DNA from: Longimicrobiales bacterium
GTDB taxonomy: Bacteria > Gemmatimonadota > Gemmatimonadetes > Longimicrobiales > Gaopeijiaceae
Direction of reading: 5' to 3'
DNA length: 64,000 nt
Assembly: GCA_965219445.1 (NCBI GenBank)
Contig: CBDCNQ010000005.1
Span: 384,001-448,000, forward strand
Shown here: positions 1-10,871 of the stretch, in pieces
Position numbering within the stretch: the stretch's first letter is position 1
Layout of the letters: every line of letters begins with the position of its first letter
Notes under the pieces: generated by a model
Told to the model about the DNA's origin: nothing
Database searches by the model: none
What the model saw: the letters and a program-made list of their open reading frames with translations, nothing else
Made by a program: the position numbers and the translations under genes

Positions 1-963
1 CGCCGTCCAGTCCAGCACTTCGACGAGGCCGAGCGGCTTCAACCGGCCCGGGTCGGACAACTGCTGGAACAAGGCTCGCAGCACCGGCGCGCGCAGGTGC
101 CAGACCGCCTCGCGCCAGCTGAACCGCGCCGGATTGTAGCCGCCCTCGAACAACGGGCCGTCGTTGCTCTTGGCCTGCCGCGACCACAGCACCCACGCAG
201 AGAAGATGCCGTAGAACAGCGTTTGAATCAGCGTCGAATGGAAGAAGCGCTCCCCGCGCTCGCCCTCGAGGCGAATCCCGAGTGCTTCTTCCAGCGCCGA
301 CCGGACCGTCAGGAGAGGCGGGGCTCTGTCCGCTGCCTCGACACGGGCCAGCCCATCGCGGGCGTATGAAGCGAGCAGCCAAGCCAAGTCCTTCGGCTCG
401 GCCAAGGCGGCGCGGTGCGAGAGAGACCGGCGAAGATATTCGCCGAGGCCCGCGCCAACCTCGTGGGCAAAAGCGCGAGGCTTCTGCAGCCTGCGCCAGA
501 AGTCGTCAGTGCTCTCCGCCAACCGAAAGGCTTCGAACTTTGCCGGATCGCCTGTCCCGTCTGTGCCCACCAAGACGAAGTAGCGCAGGTTCGTTACCAA
601 TACGAGACGGTAGCGGCCCCAGTACCGGCTCACTTGATCCGATTCGGCGGTCACGCAGGCGTCGTCCTCCACACCCTTCACCTCGACGACGCCTCGCTCC
701 GGGACCTGTCCCTCCCTCGGGCGGCCCTTCTGGACCTGCTTCGCCGTGTAGAGGGCATAGTCAGGATGGTCGGCACCCTGATCCGCCCCCTCGAGAACGC
801 AGAACACCTTGGGCTTCAGCGTGTCTCCGACTGCGCAAAGCAGGTCCGCCAGTGCAGGGTAGTAGGAGCGCTCCCCAGTCCCGCCACCAGAGGCGTGCAC
901 CCTACCCATGTCGGTGAAGTACGCCTCGACCGCAGAGATCAGCTCCTTGTTCGGACCTGTCAT
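1..963 (-). CDS. Type ISP/IIG-like restriction-modification enzyme, N-terminal part (runs off window)
   Basis: Hand translation from ATG 963: MTGPNKELISAVEAYF...ERSYYPAL...HPDYALY...VVEVKG...LVLVTNLRYF...QTLFYGIFSAW. PD-(D/E)XK start typical of fused REase-MTase proteins. Absent from ORF track because its stop is outside the window. Confidence 0.7.
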   Translation of the reverse strand, partial: MTGPNKELISAVEAYFTDMGRVHASGGGTGERSYYPALADLLCAVGDTLKPKVFCVLEGADQGADHPDYALYTAKQVQKGRPREGQVPERGVVEVKGVEDDACVTAESDQVSRYWGRYRLVLVTNLRYFVLVGTDGTGDPAKFEAFRLAESTDDFWRRLQKPRAFAHEVGAGLGEYLRRSLSHRAALAEPKDLAWLLASYARDGLARVEAADRAPPLLTVRSALEEALGIRLEGERGERFFHSTLIQTLFYGIFSAWVLWSRQAKSNDGPLFEGGYNPARFSWREAVWHLRAPVLRALFQQLSDPGRLKPLGLVEVLDWTA

Positions 964-1100
964 CGTGCCTTCCTGAAAGTCGGACGCGCCGCCGCCTCAG
1001 GGCGAGATCCTGTAGCTTCAGAACATATCACGAGGGGCGGTATTGTCTGCTCGCGTTGTCGAGCTGAAGGCACTGGAACCGTACCGCAATCGGTCGTCGC

Positions 1101-1250
1101 CTACGAGAGCGCCAGGAACGCTGCCTGCGCGTCGGCTCCGAAGGCGAAAATCTCGGTTCGGCTGGATCGCAGTAGAGCCTCGATGTCGGCGGTCCTGCCT
1201 TTGCCCCGCCGGATCCAGATGACCTTCGGAGGCGGACCCCGCAAGAATGG
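1101..1250 (-). pseudogene. DUF5615/PIN-like toxin, C-terminal fragment
   Basis: FLRGPPPKVIWIRRGKGRTADIEALLR...AFLALS*; no 5' part. Confidence 0.5.
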
Positions 1251-1702
1251 GCTCACGGTTGAGTGTTGAAGTTATGGGGTGGAATGGGATTTGGTCGAGT
1301 CGTACAGTCGTACAGACATCTCATCGAGGCGCCCTCGAGAGTGATGCGATGGGCGCTGTCACACTCTCGCTCTCGGCGTTGACGACGCTGACGCGCGCGG
1401 AGCGTATCATCGCCAAGCCGGAGCTTGGCGAGACGCGGGCGTAGCCGATCAGCATGTGTTGTAAACGGTCGTTTGCGACACGCTGGCAATGGCGCCGTCC
1501 AGCGAGCGCCGCCGTGTGTCGTATCCCGTGTCTGATTCTATGTCTTGCAGACGTCAAGCGCGTGTGACAGTGCCGTTCGCTTCTACGTCCGCCGCCGCAG
1601 ATCCTTACTGGGATAGTAACAGCCCCACAAAAACAGCACCAAAATCGGCCCACGGTGCACATTCATTATGATTGCTGTACGTTGCGAAGAAAGGAATCCC
1701 CG

Positions 1703-2470
1703 ATGAATGATATGCGTCGAGTCCACGCCGAACAACTGATGTCGTCGCTAGAGCTGTCACTGCCCCCGGTGGCCATCGCGTTCTGTGACGTCGTGCCGGA
1801 CGACGTGCCGATGTTTGAGGGGGTGGTTCCCGCAGGATGCGCGTTCTGGCCGCAGGCCACGGCGCGCACCTTCGCGACAGCAGCCCGTGACCACGCCCTG
1901 TGCGCGATTGGCATCCACACGCACAATCTCTCGGGCGCGGCGGCCTCGCAGCCGGATGAGTTGCAAGCCTCCCTCAAGGCCATGATGGGACTCGATTACG
2001 TACGCGAGGAAGAAATCGCCGCCATTCCGGTCATGCAGGACAAGCTGGCCCATGCGCTCTACGGTCCGCTCGCGGACTTCCCGGTCCAGCCCGAGGTCGT
2101 CCTGGTGTTCGCCCACGCGCAACACGGGCTCATCCTGAGTGAGGCCGTCGCGCGCGTCGATGGCGGCACACCGCCGGCGATGGGGCGACCGGCGTGTGCC
2201 ATCGTCCCTCACGTGCTCAATCAGCGGCGCGCGGCCATGAGCCTAGGGTGCTGCGGCGCGCGTGCCTACCTCGATGCGTTGACGGACGATGTGGCGCTAT
2301 GGGCTCTGCCGGCACATTGCCTCGACCAGTACTGTGAGCAGATTGCCGCATTCGCTGATGCGAACAGGACGCTCACGGCGTTTCATGAGCGTCGGCGGCA
2401 GGATGTCGAGTCTGGCCAGAGACCGACGGTCCAACAGTCGCTCGAGCGGCTGTCGGAGCCAGCGCCGTAA
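1703..2470 (+). CDS. DUF169 family protein
   Basis: PPVAIAF, GCAFW, HALCAIG, GRPACA, SLGCCGAR Cys pattern; AAGGA upstream of ATG 1703. Confidence 0.75.
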   Translation: MNDMRRVHAEQLMSSLELSLPPVAIAFCDVVPDDVPMFEGVVPAGCAFWPQATARTFATAARDHALCAIGIHTHNLSGAAASQPDELQASLKAMMGLDYVREEEIAAIPVMQDKLAHALYGPLADFPVQPEVVLVFAHAQHGLILSEAVARVDGGTPPAMGRPACAIVPHVLNQRRAAMSLGCCGARAYLDALTDDVALWALPAHCLDQYCEQIAAFADANRTLTAFHERRRQDVESGQRPTVQQSLERLSEPAP

Positions 2471-2759
2471 CTGCCGTCCGCTCACCAGGACGCCGCCACG
2501 CTGGCCCCGATGCACGCCGAGCCCGCCGCGGTGTGCAAGACGACCTCCGCGCCGAGGGGGCGGTACACGCCGAGCGTGTCGCCAGCAAACGACGACGAGA
2601 CCGTGACCGCCGTGGTCAGCACGCTCCTGACCCTAGCTCTACTTCTTGATGTGGCCCGGCTTGCTGGTGGGCCGGGACGACTAGTGCGTTTTCACGGTGC
2701 TGTAGTGACTCGTAACCGCTATTGAAGCTCTGCACGTGAGCGTCTATGACCCCTCGACC

Positions 2760-2990
2760 GACGATCACCAGCCAATCGAATAGGCGGCGGATGGCGGCCA
2801 GATGCTGCTTGATCGTGGGGGCACGATACCCGCCTTGCATTTCTTCGATGTAGGTGGCCACCGCGACCGGCGAAATCTGTGCGAGCTCGAGCCCGCGCGC
2901 GTCGCACCAAGCGAAGAATCGCGTCACAGCCGCGCCGTACGCCGCGCGCGTATGCGGGTTGCGGATCTGGGCCGTGAAAAACTCAACCGT
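2760..2990 (-). pseudogene. Tyrosine recombinase N-terminal (SAM-like) fragment
   Basis: EFFTAQIRNPHTRAAY...FFAWC...VATYIE...TIKQHLAAIRRLFDWL; catalytic domain absent. Confidence 0.65.
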
Positions 2991-3002
2991 CCGCTCCGTG
3001 GC

Positions 3003-3260
3003 TTACCGCTGTCGTTCCTTAAGGATCCGTTCCAGCGCTTCCACGCCGAGCGCCTGAAGACTGGTGTCCTCGTCGAGGGAGAGCTGTCGCAGTTGCCGGT
3101 GTAGTTTTGGCTGGAGTCGGAGCAACACTCCTTTCATCGCTCCAGTGTTAGCGGACGGTGCCATCTTCTCGCGCGGGCGCTTGTCAGCGCGCGCCGCGCC
3201 ATGCACTGCGTCGGCAAGACTGGATTTACGCTTCACCATTGGTCTCGGCTCCGTGTCCAT
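3003..3260 (-). CDS. Ribbon-helix-helix partition protein (ParG-like)
   Basis: KGVLLRLQPKLHRQLRQLSLDEDTSLQAL..EAL; overlaps the stop of a parA fragment. Confidence 0.65.
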   Translation of the reverse strand: MDTEPRPMVKRKSSLADAVHGAARADKRPREKMAPSANTGAMKGVLLRLQPKLHRQLRQLSLDEDTSLQALGVEALERILKERQR

Positions 3261-3465
3261 TCAAAGAGTTCATTGATCTCGGCGGCGGCCTTCCCGCTTG
3301 GCGCAGACTCAGACGCGGACAATCCGGCTGTGAAGGCATGGACGTGCTCGATTCTCTGATGCACGATGATGGGGCAGGCCTTCACACCGTAACCAGCGAT
3401 GGCTGTCAGAGCTTGGTCCGTGAGCTGGTTGGCGACTGGCGCCGCGTTGATGACCACAGCGCCGC
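3233..3465 (-). pseudogene. parA: ParA-family ATPase, C-terminal fragment
   Basis: VVINAAP...HQRIEHVHAFTAGLSASESAPSGKAAAEINELFEW; 5' part replaced by an IS3 end. Confidence 0.7.
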
Positions 3466-3597
3466 CTGCGGCGGCTTTCCCCCGGCCCCTGAGGCGATTA
3501 AGCCATCGCCCTGGTTCCTGAGGATGCCCGTCCTTCACGGCCCTCCGCAGGTGCTGGGACTAACATAGGATGTGGTACCGCTCTTGGGGGCAGGTCA
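3454..3597 (+). mobile_element. IS3-family right-end remnant
   Basis: Encodes ...PPAPEAIKPSPWFLRMP...GLT*, nearly the same tail as the IS at 20769-22037; ends GGGGGCAGGTCA. Confidence 0.75.
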
Positions 3598-4123
3598 CTG
3601 CCAATGGCACAAGCGAGAGAATGTGGTCTCGTACCTGCTACGCACCGAGCAGAAGGCCTGGCGTGGACGTCTGCAGCGAGCCTACGAGCGGCCCACCTAC
3701 GAGGAGGCGAAGCGGGACCTGAAAGCGATGCGGGCTGAGCTGGACGAGCTCAACCAGTCGGCGGTTGCAAGCCTGGACGAAGGGCTCGAGGAGACGTTGA
3801 CCCTGCATCGACTCGGCGTGTTCCCGCTGGTTGGCCGTTCGCTGAAGACGACCAACGTTCTCGAATCCGTGAACGCTCAAGCCGAACAGCGCTGTGGGAG
3901 AGTCGACCGATGGAGAAACTCGAACCATAAGCAGCGCTGGCTCGCCGCCGCGCTCATCGACATCGAGCCTCGGCTCAGGAGGCTACTCGGCTATCGCCAC
4001 CTCCCGTCGCTCCGTGCCGCGATTCAGAAGGAACTCGGGATCATCCATCCCGATAGCCAGACTCATGCCGCAGCCTGAGCGTCCGGAGGTCACTCGAGTT
4101 TCAACTAGCTTTGGGATTGACTC
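3598..4123 (+). mobile_element. IS256-family transposase 3' fragment with right end
   Basis: CQWHK and KTTNVLESVN motifs (ORF to 4078); terminal TTTCAACTAGCTTTGGGATTGACTC. Confidence 0.75.
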
Positions 4124-4196
4124 ATCAGAGTCGACCGGGAAGGTTAAAGGAACTGTCAGGCGTCATTGCTCAAGCTCACCTCCACCGATTTGACGC

Positions 4197-4340
4197 TCAA
4201 GATCCCATCGAGTTCGGATCTCGCGGGGGTTTGAGATCCTCAGCAAGATAGACGGTCGCCATGCCACCTTCGCCAATCTGGCGTTCAAGGCGGTAGCGGC
4301 CTTCCAGAGCTGAATCCAGCCGGGCAAGCGGATCGGACAT
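4197..4340 (-). pseudogene. Ser/Thr protein kinase 5' stub
   Basis: MSDPLARLDSALEGRYRLERQIGEGGMATVYLAEDLK followed by unrelated sequence and a stop. Confidence 0.75.
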
Positions 4341-4388
4341 CAAGAAGACCTCGGGTCGAAGGGGTACCGCGAGGGATCATCCGATGGA

Positions 4389-4520
4389 CTACATCATTCT
4401 GTGCGGAAGGGAGTTATCGCAAGCCGCTCCGTCTCTGGCCATCCCGCCCTCGCCAAGCTCACGCTCGACGCGGTAGCGGCCTTCGAGGGCAGCGTTCAGG
4501 CGGGTGATGGGGTCGGTCAT
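4389..4520 (-). pseudogene. Ser/Thr protein kinase 5' stub
   Basis: MTDPITRLNAALEGRYRVERELGEGGMA followed by unrelated sequence and a stop. Confidence 0.75.
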
Positions 4521-4615
4521 GGCAGATTTCTAAAGTCGTTCCCGTCCACAAAGTGGGGCTCGAACTCCCCACGCCCGGACAAGCTGTAAGCACGAACTTC
4601 GACGCGGTCTTCTGC

Positions 4616-6193
4616 TTACGGTTCGTCGGCTTTCACCAACTCCTCTACCTCAACAACCTTCGTCTCCGTGGGTTCCGACCGGGCCGAATTGCGGATGATT
4701 TTGCCCAACACTGCCGGCAACTCAATGCCCGCCTGCTCGGCCAGCTCGTGGATCGCCGGCAGCGACCCGATCAAGCTCGACAGAAAATCGGCCGTCCCAC
4801 CGCCGTGCTTCGATCCACGACCACCGTTCCCCGAATCCCACACAGTGATCTTGTCGATCTTGAGGTTCTGAATCGCCTTCACCTGCTCGGCGACCAAGGT
4901 AGGAAGCTGCTCGATCATGAGCAGAGTCGGAGCGATCTGCGGATTCCCGGCGCAGGCCTCGACCAGTCTCTGGTACCCCGCGGCCTTGGCCTCCAACACC
5001 TTTTGCGTACCCTCCGCCTCGGCCACGAATTTGGCCAGCATCGCGTCGGCCTCACCGCGCGCCTCGCGCCGCAGTTGCTCCGCAGTCGCCTCGGCCTCGA
5101 TCTCGACCCGCTGTTTCTCGATCTCCTGAGGCGCCAGTTCGTCTTTGCTCAAGCGGGCGATCTCCTGCTCGCGCTGAGCCCCGAAGATCGCCTCGTCCGC
5201 CTGTGCGGCCGCGATCTCAGCCCTGCGCTTCGCCTCGGCCCGCACCTCTGCGAGCTGGGCGTTTGAGTTCGCGATCTCTCCCTGTGACGAGTTCTCGCCC
5301 TGAACCGCCGTCGACTCCGCCGCGGCAACCTGCACCCGCTGCTCCTGCTCCGCGTTCTTCTTAGCGGCGATGGTCTCGGCTTCCCGCTCGGCGGTTGCGA
5401 TCTCGTAGTCGCGCTTCGACTTCACCTCGCCCTCAATCGCGGTCGCCTCCAGCGCAGCCACGCGCACCCGCTGATCGCGCTGGGCATCCTTCTGCCCGGT
5501 AGCGCCGTCGCGATCCTGCTGGGCGACCTCCACCTTGGCGCGATTGATCGCCTCCGCCGCCGCACGTTGCCCGATGGCTTCGATGTAGCCACTCTCGTCG
5601 GTGATGTCACGGACGTTCACGTTGATCAGCGCGAGCCCCACCTTGTTGATCTCCTCGGCTACGTTCGTGTTGATGAGATTCATGAACTTCTCGCGGTCCT
5701 TGTTAATCTCTTCGATCGACAGGGTCGCAATGACCAGCCGCAACTGACCCAGAATGATGTCCTGGGCTTGCTCGCGAATCTGGTTCTCATCCAGGTGCAG
5801 TAGTCTTTCCGCTGCTGAGTTCATGAGCACCGGGTCGGTGGAAATGCCCACCGTGAACGTCGAGGGAACGTTCACCCGGATGTTGTTGAGCGACAGCGCT
5901 CCTTCCAGGGGGATATCGATGACCAGCGGCTCGAGAGGCAAGAACGCGTAGTCCTGCAACAGCGGGATTATGAACTTGCCGCCGCCGTGGAGGCACTGTG
6001 CCGCCTGTGCGCCCGCGACCCTCCCATAGATGACCAGGATCCTGTTGGAAGGACAGCGCTTGTATTGCTTCACCAAGAACGAGATGCCGAAGAAGAGGAT
6101 AAGCAGACCCCCACCTATCAAGCCGAGCCACACCCTCGAATCGCCCTCGAACGCGCCCACTTGGAGGAGTGCCACCGTGGCGAACAGGAACAT
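4616..6193 (-). CDS. Flotillin-like SPFH-domain protein
   Basis: N-terminal TM, SPFH core (ILGQLRLVIATLSIEEINKDREKF, INVNVRDITDESGYI), AE-rich coiled coil, IDKITVWD. Confidence 0.9.
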   Translation of the reverse strand: MFLFATVALLQVGAFEGDSRVWLGLIGGGLLILFFGISFLVKQYKRCPSNRILVIYGRVAGAQAAQCLHGGGKFIIPLLQDYAFLPLEPLVIDIPLEGALSLNNIRVNVPSTFTVGISTDPVLMNSAAERLLHLDENQIREQAQDIILGQLRLVIATLSIEEINKDREKFMNLINTNVAEEINKVGLALINVNVRDITDESGYIEAIGQRAAAEAINRAKVEVAQQDRDGATGQKDAQRDQRVRVAALEATAIEGEVKSKRDYEIATAEREAETIAAKKNAEQEQRVQVAAAESTAVQGENSSQGEIANSNAQLAEVRAEAKRRAEIAAAQADEAIFGAQREQEIARLSKDELAPQEIEKQRVEIEAEATAEQLRREARGEADAMLAKFVAEAEGTQKVLEAKAAGYQRLVEACAGNPQIAPTLLMIEQLPTLVAEQVKAIQNLKIDKITVWDSGNGGRGSKHGGGTADFLSSLIGSLPAIHELAEQAGIELPAVLGKIIRNSARSEPTETKVVEVEELVKADEP

Positions 6194-6214
6194 CGTGTTA
6201 TCCCCCTCTGGAGT

Positions 6215-6820
6215 TCATGCCTTCGTTACTGTTACTGAGTTGTCCTCATTTATGCTCACGACGCGGACCTTCTCGCTCCGGGGCAGTGCCTCGCCCTCCG
6301 TGATCGCTTTGTAGAACCGTTGGCGGTCGTCGATCAGGACACGCACGCGCCCCTTCCCGAGACCCTTGGCGGGGATCTTCGCGTACACCGTGCCCTCCGC
6401 CTCCAGGGTCTGGTATATGGGCACGTTGCCGCTGCTCTGGAGGCCATACATGGCCGTGAGCAATTTCGCGAGGAACCAAACCATGCCCGTTCCACACGCC
6501 ACCGCGAAGACGACGCTGATCGTGCCCCCCCAGCCTCCGCCGCGGAACGCACCCAGCCCTCCCCAGCCAAAGCCCATCAGAAAAGCAGCGATCGCCTGGA
6601 CGGACAGGACCTTGAAGGCGTACGAGGACTCGCCGGTATCTACGTCGATATCGGCTCCCGCATCGATATCTACATCGACATCGAAGTCCACATCGACGTC
6701 CACGCCCGTATCGGCACCCCCGACGAGCATGAGGAGCGTACGCAAGGAGAAGAACACGGTGCCGGCAATCGCTGGCACGGTGAACCAGATGGCGACGGGA
6801 CCGAAGAACAGCTCCTGCAT
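6215..6820 (-). CDS. NfeD-like membrane protein (flotillin partner)
   Basis: Three TM segments, D-rich linker, C-terminal OB-like GTVY..IP...G.V.V; directly upstream of the flotillin gene. Confidence 0.8.
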   Translation of the reverse strand: MQELFFGPVAIWFTVPAIAGTVFFSLRTLLMLVGGADTGVDVDVDFDVDVDIDAGADIDVDTGESSYAFKVLSVQAIAAFLMGFGWGGLGAFRGGGWGGTISVVFAVACGTGMVWFLAKLLTAMYGLQSSGNVPIYQTLEAEGTVYAKIPAKGLGKGRVRVLIDDRQRFYKAITEGEALPRSEKVRVVSINEDNSVTVTKA

Positions 6821-7022
6821 ACGGCTTCCATCTCGGGGGGTGGCGGTTACTGGAGGATACGCGGAGGCCGTGATCCGCCTTCAGAGCATCACATTAGTCG
6901 TCCCCCGAGGGAGCCGCAACCAACGCTGGGCTGCCTTGCCGCCTCTCTCAGTTCACGCGGGATCCCAACGGGGCTTCAAGGCCGAACGCAGTGTGATGCG
7001 GCGAGCCTGTCCGAGGGGACTG

Positions 7023-8293
7023 TGATCTGACCCCCTAAAACGAGACCAAGTCCAGTTTTAGAATTCTGGACGGGTCGAGACAAGGAAAAGGAGGTCAGGA
7101 TGGCAGCGCCAAAGAACCTGAGTGCGGGACAAATTATCAACCAACTGCGCAGGACGGAAGTGGCCCTGGCGAACGGGAAGAGGGTCAAGCAAGTGTGCCG
7201 GGAGCTGGGGGTGAGCGAGCAAACGTACTACCGGTGGCGCAAAGAGTACGGGGGAATGAAGGTGAGCCAGGCGAAGCGGCTCAAGGAGTTCGAGAAGCAA
7301 AACCAGCGACTGAAGCAGGCGGTGGCGGATCTGACGGTGGACAACATGATTTTGAAGGAGGCGTCCAAGGGAAACTTCTGAGCCCCGAGCGGCGCAGGCG
7401 GTGCGTGGTGCACGTGCGGCAGCGGCTTGGGGTGAGCGAAAGAAAAGCGTGCCGGGTGCTGGGACAGGCGCGCTCGACGCAGCGTCGGATCCCGAAGTGC
7501 AGGGAGGACGAAGAGGCCCTGAGGCAGGACGTGGTGAAGGTGGCTCGCAGGTTCGGACGCTACGGGTACCGGATGGTGACGGGGATGCTGAGGACCGAGG
7601 GCTGGGCAGTGAACCACAAGCGGGTGGAGCGGATCTGGAGACAGGAGGGGCTTAAGGTGCCGAGCAAGCAGCCGAAACGGGGCCGCCCGTGGTTTACGGA
7701 CGGCTCCTGTATCCGACTGCGGCCCTTGTACCAACATCACGTATGGGCGTATGACTTCGTGTCCGACCGGACCCACGACGGACGGCCACTGAAGATGCTG
7801 ACGGTCCTGGACGAGTACAGCCGCGAGTGCGAGTGCCTGGCGATCGTGGTGGCCCGTAGGCTTCAGTCGGACGATGTCCTGCAGACGCTGAGCGAGTTGT
7901 TCGTTGAGCATGGCCCACCGGCGAACCTGCGCTCCGACAACGGTCCGGAGTTCACGGCCCGAGTGGTTCGGCAGTGGCTTGGAGGGTTGGGTGTGAAGAC
8001 GCTGTTCATCGCACCCGGCAGCCCCTGGGAGAACGGCTACAATGAGAGCTTCAACGGCACGTTCGGGCAGGAGCCGTTGAGGCGCGAGATCTTCTGTTCG
8101 CTGCAGGAGGCGAAGGTGCTGATCGAGCAGTGGCGCCGTGAATACAACACCGTCCGACCCCACAGCTCTCTGGGCTATCTACCCCCCGCTCCTGAAGCCA
8201 TTCTGCCCGACCCGAAGCTGCTCAACCTCACCCCAGGCAAAATGAGGCGGTTGGACTAACACTCTAGGTGGTGCCACTCTTGGGGGTAGGTCA
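7023..8293 (+). mobile_element. IS3-family insertion sequence, near full length
   Basis: Imperfect IRs TGATCTGACCCCC / GGGGGTAGGTCA; orfA 7100-7381 and orfB to 8259 linked by the GGGAAAC -1 frameshift motif at 7369-7375; WAYDF, SDNGPEF, ESFNG. Confidence 0.9.
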
Positions 8294-8590
8294 CCACCTC
8301 GGTCCGGGTGCCGACCGGCACGGCTTCGATGCGCGACCACTCGGACAGGGTCCGGGCAGCCGGCCGCCGTTGCGCCGCCTGAAGGCTACGGCCCAGAGGC
8401 ACGTAGGTCTGGAAGGGCGTTTGGTGTATACCAGTGCCGACCAGGCCGGCCAAAATGGAAATCCCGGCTGGAACGTACTCACCGGAGGTTCGCACGTCGT
8501 GCAAGAGCCAGCACCATCCAGAACCCAGATGTCAACGACACACGCTTGGCGGTTTCGGCGATTGCGAGCCCGTGTCTCGCTGGTGATCCC

Positions 8591-8980
8591 ATGGTGACAT
8601 GGCGCGCCTGGGGGATCCCAGTGCGATGCGGGGCGGGCATGGTGGCCCTGCAAACCCTCCTCGCGCTCTACCGCTTTGGAGACAGCACGGCCCTGCTGCA
8701 GTTGGTGAATCCGCTGATGTGGATCGGGCTGGGTCTGTTCTTCGTCACGGGCTGGGTCATTGGCTGGGTGGTGGAACGCCTTCTCCGCGGCACGACCGGT
8801 CGGTTCCGCACGCTGCTGCTGGGCGCGACGTTCCTGGCCACCCCCGTGGCGGTCACCGGGAGCCTCGTGGGGGGGCTATTCGGCCCTCCGGGGGTCCTGC
8901 TCTATGGCCTGATCCCGTATCTCCTCCTGGTGGGGATTCCCAGACTGATTGGGGTCGTGTGGACCCGGCATGGCTCCTGA
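8591..8980 (+). CDS. Small multi-pass membrane protein, paralog of 27290-27679
   Basis: Hydrophobic; RFG...SLVGGLFGPPGVLLY resembles RFG...SLLAGLLGPLAIAIY. Start uncertain. Confidence 0.55.
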   Translation: MVTWRAWGIPVRCGAGMVALQTLLALYRFGDSTALLQLVNPLMWIGLGLFFVTGWVIGWVVERLLRGTTGRFRTLLLGATFLATPVAVTGSLVGGLFGPPGVLLYGLIPYLLLVGIPRLIGVVWTRHGS

Positions 8981-9519
8981 GCTTCCGGAAGCAGAGTACG
9001 AACAACTCGAGGCGGTGTAGGACCTCCTACCAGTTGGACCGCCCTCCTGATTCTGAACGAACCTGGGCTGGCCGACCGCCGTTTGACGTCGCCGCGTGTC
9101 AAGACGGCCATCTTCCTCTCGCCGCTGGCGCCCTTCTCGCCAGGGAAGAAGCATTGGCTCACCATCGAGTACCAACGTAGCAACACCCTCACCCCCAAAA
9201 GCCCCGAACTCGGCTCAGACGAACTCAAAAAATGGGGGCAGAACTGTAGATAACACAGACAAACAGCACAAAGCCATAGCATTTATGCCAAATCATGGGG
9301 GAGGTGGTCCCCCATCACCACCTGGAAGACCCCGGATAGCTGCAGCACGCCAGGCGCGTCAACGGCTCCGCCGTCCTCCGCTCCGCTCCGGCCCTCCGGG
9401 TGACCCCCTGGCCCGCTGCGGCTCGGGTATGGGGTCGGCCAGGACTGCCCGCCCCCGGTCCACGTCCGTCCGGTCCAAGGAGCCGCCGCGGCACTCCTCC
9501 ACGTGCCCCGGAGTCTTTT

Positions 9520-9595
9520 CATGAACAGTTTACCCAATGTGCTACATTGGGCCTAGCGAGGGGGCCGCTGCGCTCCCCCTTCGAACCCCCGAGCT
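9520..9595 (+). other. Putative oriT region (copy 1)
   Basis: CCCAATGTGCTACATTGGGCCTAGCGAGGGGG...CCCCCTTCGAACCCCCG is homologous to the reverse complement of 55471-55525, which lies upstream of intact mobC. Confidence 0.55.
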
Positions 9596-9621
9596 TCAAT
9601 GCCACGTCGCCGTGCTCCCCG

Positions 9622-10725
9622 TCGCCCAGCCATCGCTCATGCCCGCGTGAGCGCGGCCGAGCTGGCCGCCTGGCAGGCCAAGGCCGCCGCGGCGGGCGTG
9701 ATCGCCTGGGCGCCGGAGGACCAGCCGAGCGACCAGGCCATCGACCGGGTGCTCGACGAGTTTGAGCAGAGCGCCTGGGCCGGGCTGGCCCCGGATCGCT
9801 ACGCATGGGCGGCGGTGCAGCACCGCACGGCCAACGGCAGCGTACACGTGCATGTGCTCGCCGTGCGGTGCGACCTGGAGACTGGCAAGAGCCTCAATAT
9901 CGCGCCGCCGGGCTGGGAGCAGACCTATGGCCCGCCGGTTGAGGCCTGCAACCTCGACAAGGGCTGGAGCCGCCCGGACGATCCGGCGCGCGCCCGGGAT
10001 CAGCAGCCGGGGCACCGCGCCTACCTCAAGGCGGCGGAGCTGCGGGCGGGGATCGCGCATGAGGCCGATCCCCGGGACCAGATCCGGGACTACCTGCTGC
10101 GGGGCGTCGAGCGCGGCACGGTGCAGGACCGGGCCGGCGTCGTCGCCGCCCTGCAGGAGGCGGGCTTCGACGTGCCGCGCCAGGGCAAGCACTACGTGAC
10201 CGCCCACGACCCGGAGAGTGGGACGCGGTGGCGGCTGAAAGGAGCGCTGTACGAGCATGACTTCCAACGCGAACGAGTTGAGCGCCCGGATCCGGCAACG
10301 GATAGACGCCCAGGACCGGAAGCTGGACGAGATCGACGAGCGCAAGCTGCAGGCGTATGGCGAGAGGTGGGACGCCATCGTGAACGACAAGCTGCCTATC
10401 ATCGACGCCGCTATGGAGCAGGTGAACGGGCGGATTCTCGACACACTCCGTCGCACCGAAGCCGAGACGGAGACGGGGCTCGGGCGGCTGCACGGCCTGC
10501 TGCGGGAGCTGGGGGCTGCTGCAGTGACAGTCGAGCCGCGTGCAGCGCCTGCTCGAGACCCAGGAGACCTACCGGCGCGGGATCGCGCAGGAACAGCGCG
10601 CCCTCGACCAGCTGCAGGCGCAGACGTGGGGCGTGTGGCTCCACGAGGAAGCGGACGGGACGCGGTACGTGGTCCTGCCCAGGGGGACGCTCACGAGAGA
10701 AGCAAAGGCCGCAACGCCAAGTTGA
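9622..10725 (+). pseudogene. Deleted mobC-relaxase-mobB cassette
   Basis: MobC piece ARVSAAELAAWQAKAAAAGV is fused at GV to relaxase VIAWAPED...HVHVL...DLETGKSLNIAPPGW; nested MTSNANEL.. mobB remnant; catalytic Tyr region lost. Confidence 0.8.
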
Positions 10726-10871
10726 CGGTCCATCGTGCTCAGATTGGCTCTCGACCGTCTTCTCGTAGAGCTATTCTCGACGAGAGCACTCCCCCGCGAA
10801 GGGTCGATCCCGTCCGCCCCGACAGTGGCTAGGCTGCAGCTGGGGGCGTAACCTGCAGTAGTCACGGTGAC

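Noticed and set aside
97..1269. Plus-strand ORFs at window start
   Set aside because: Antisense to the RM gene on the minus strand.
9180..9330. Possible att site or tRNA/tmRNA 3' remnant
   Set aside because: TGGGGGCA arm-like word present but no T-loop consensus or partner repeat.
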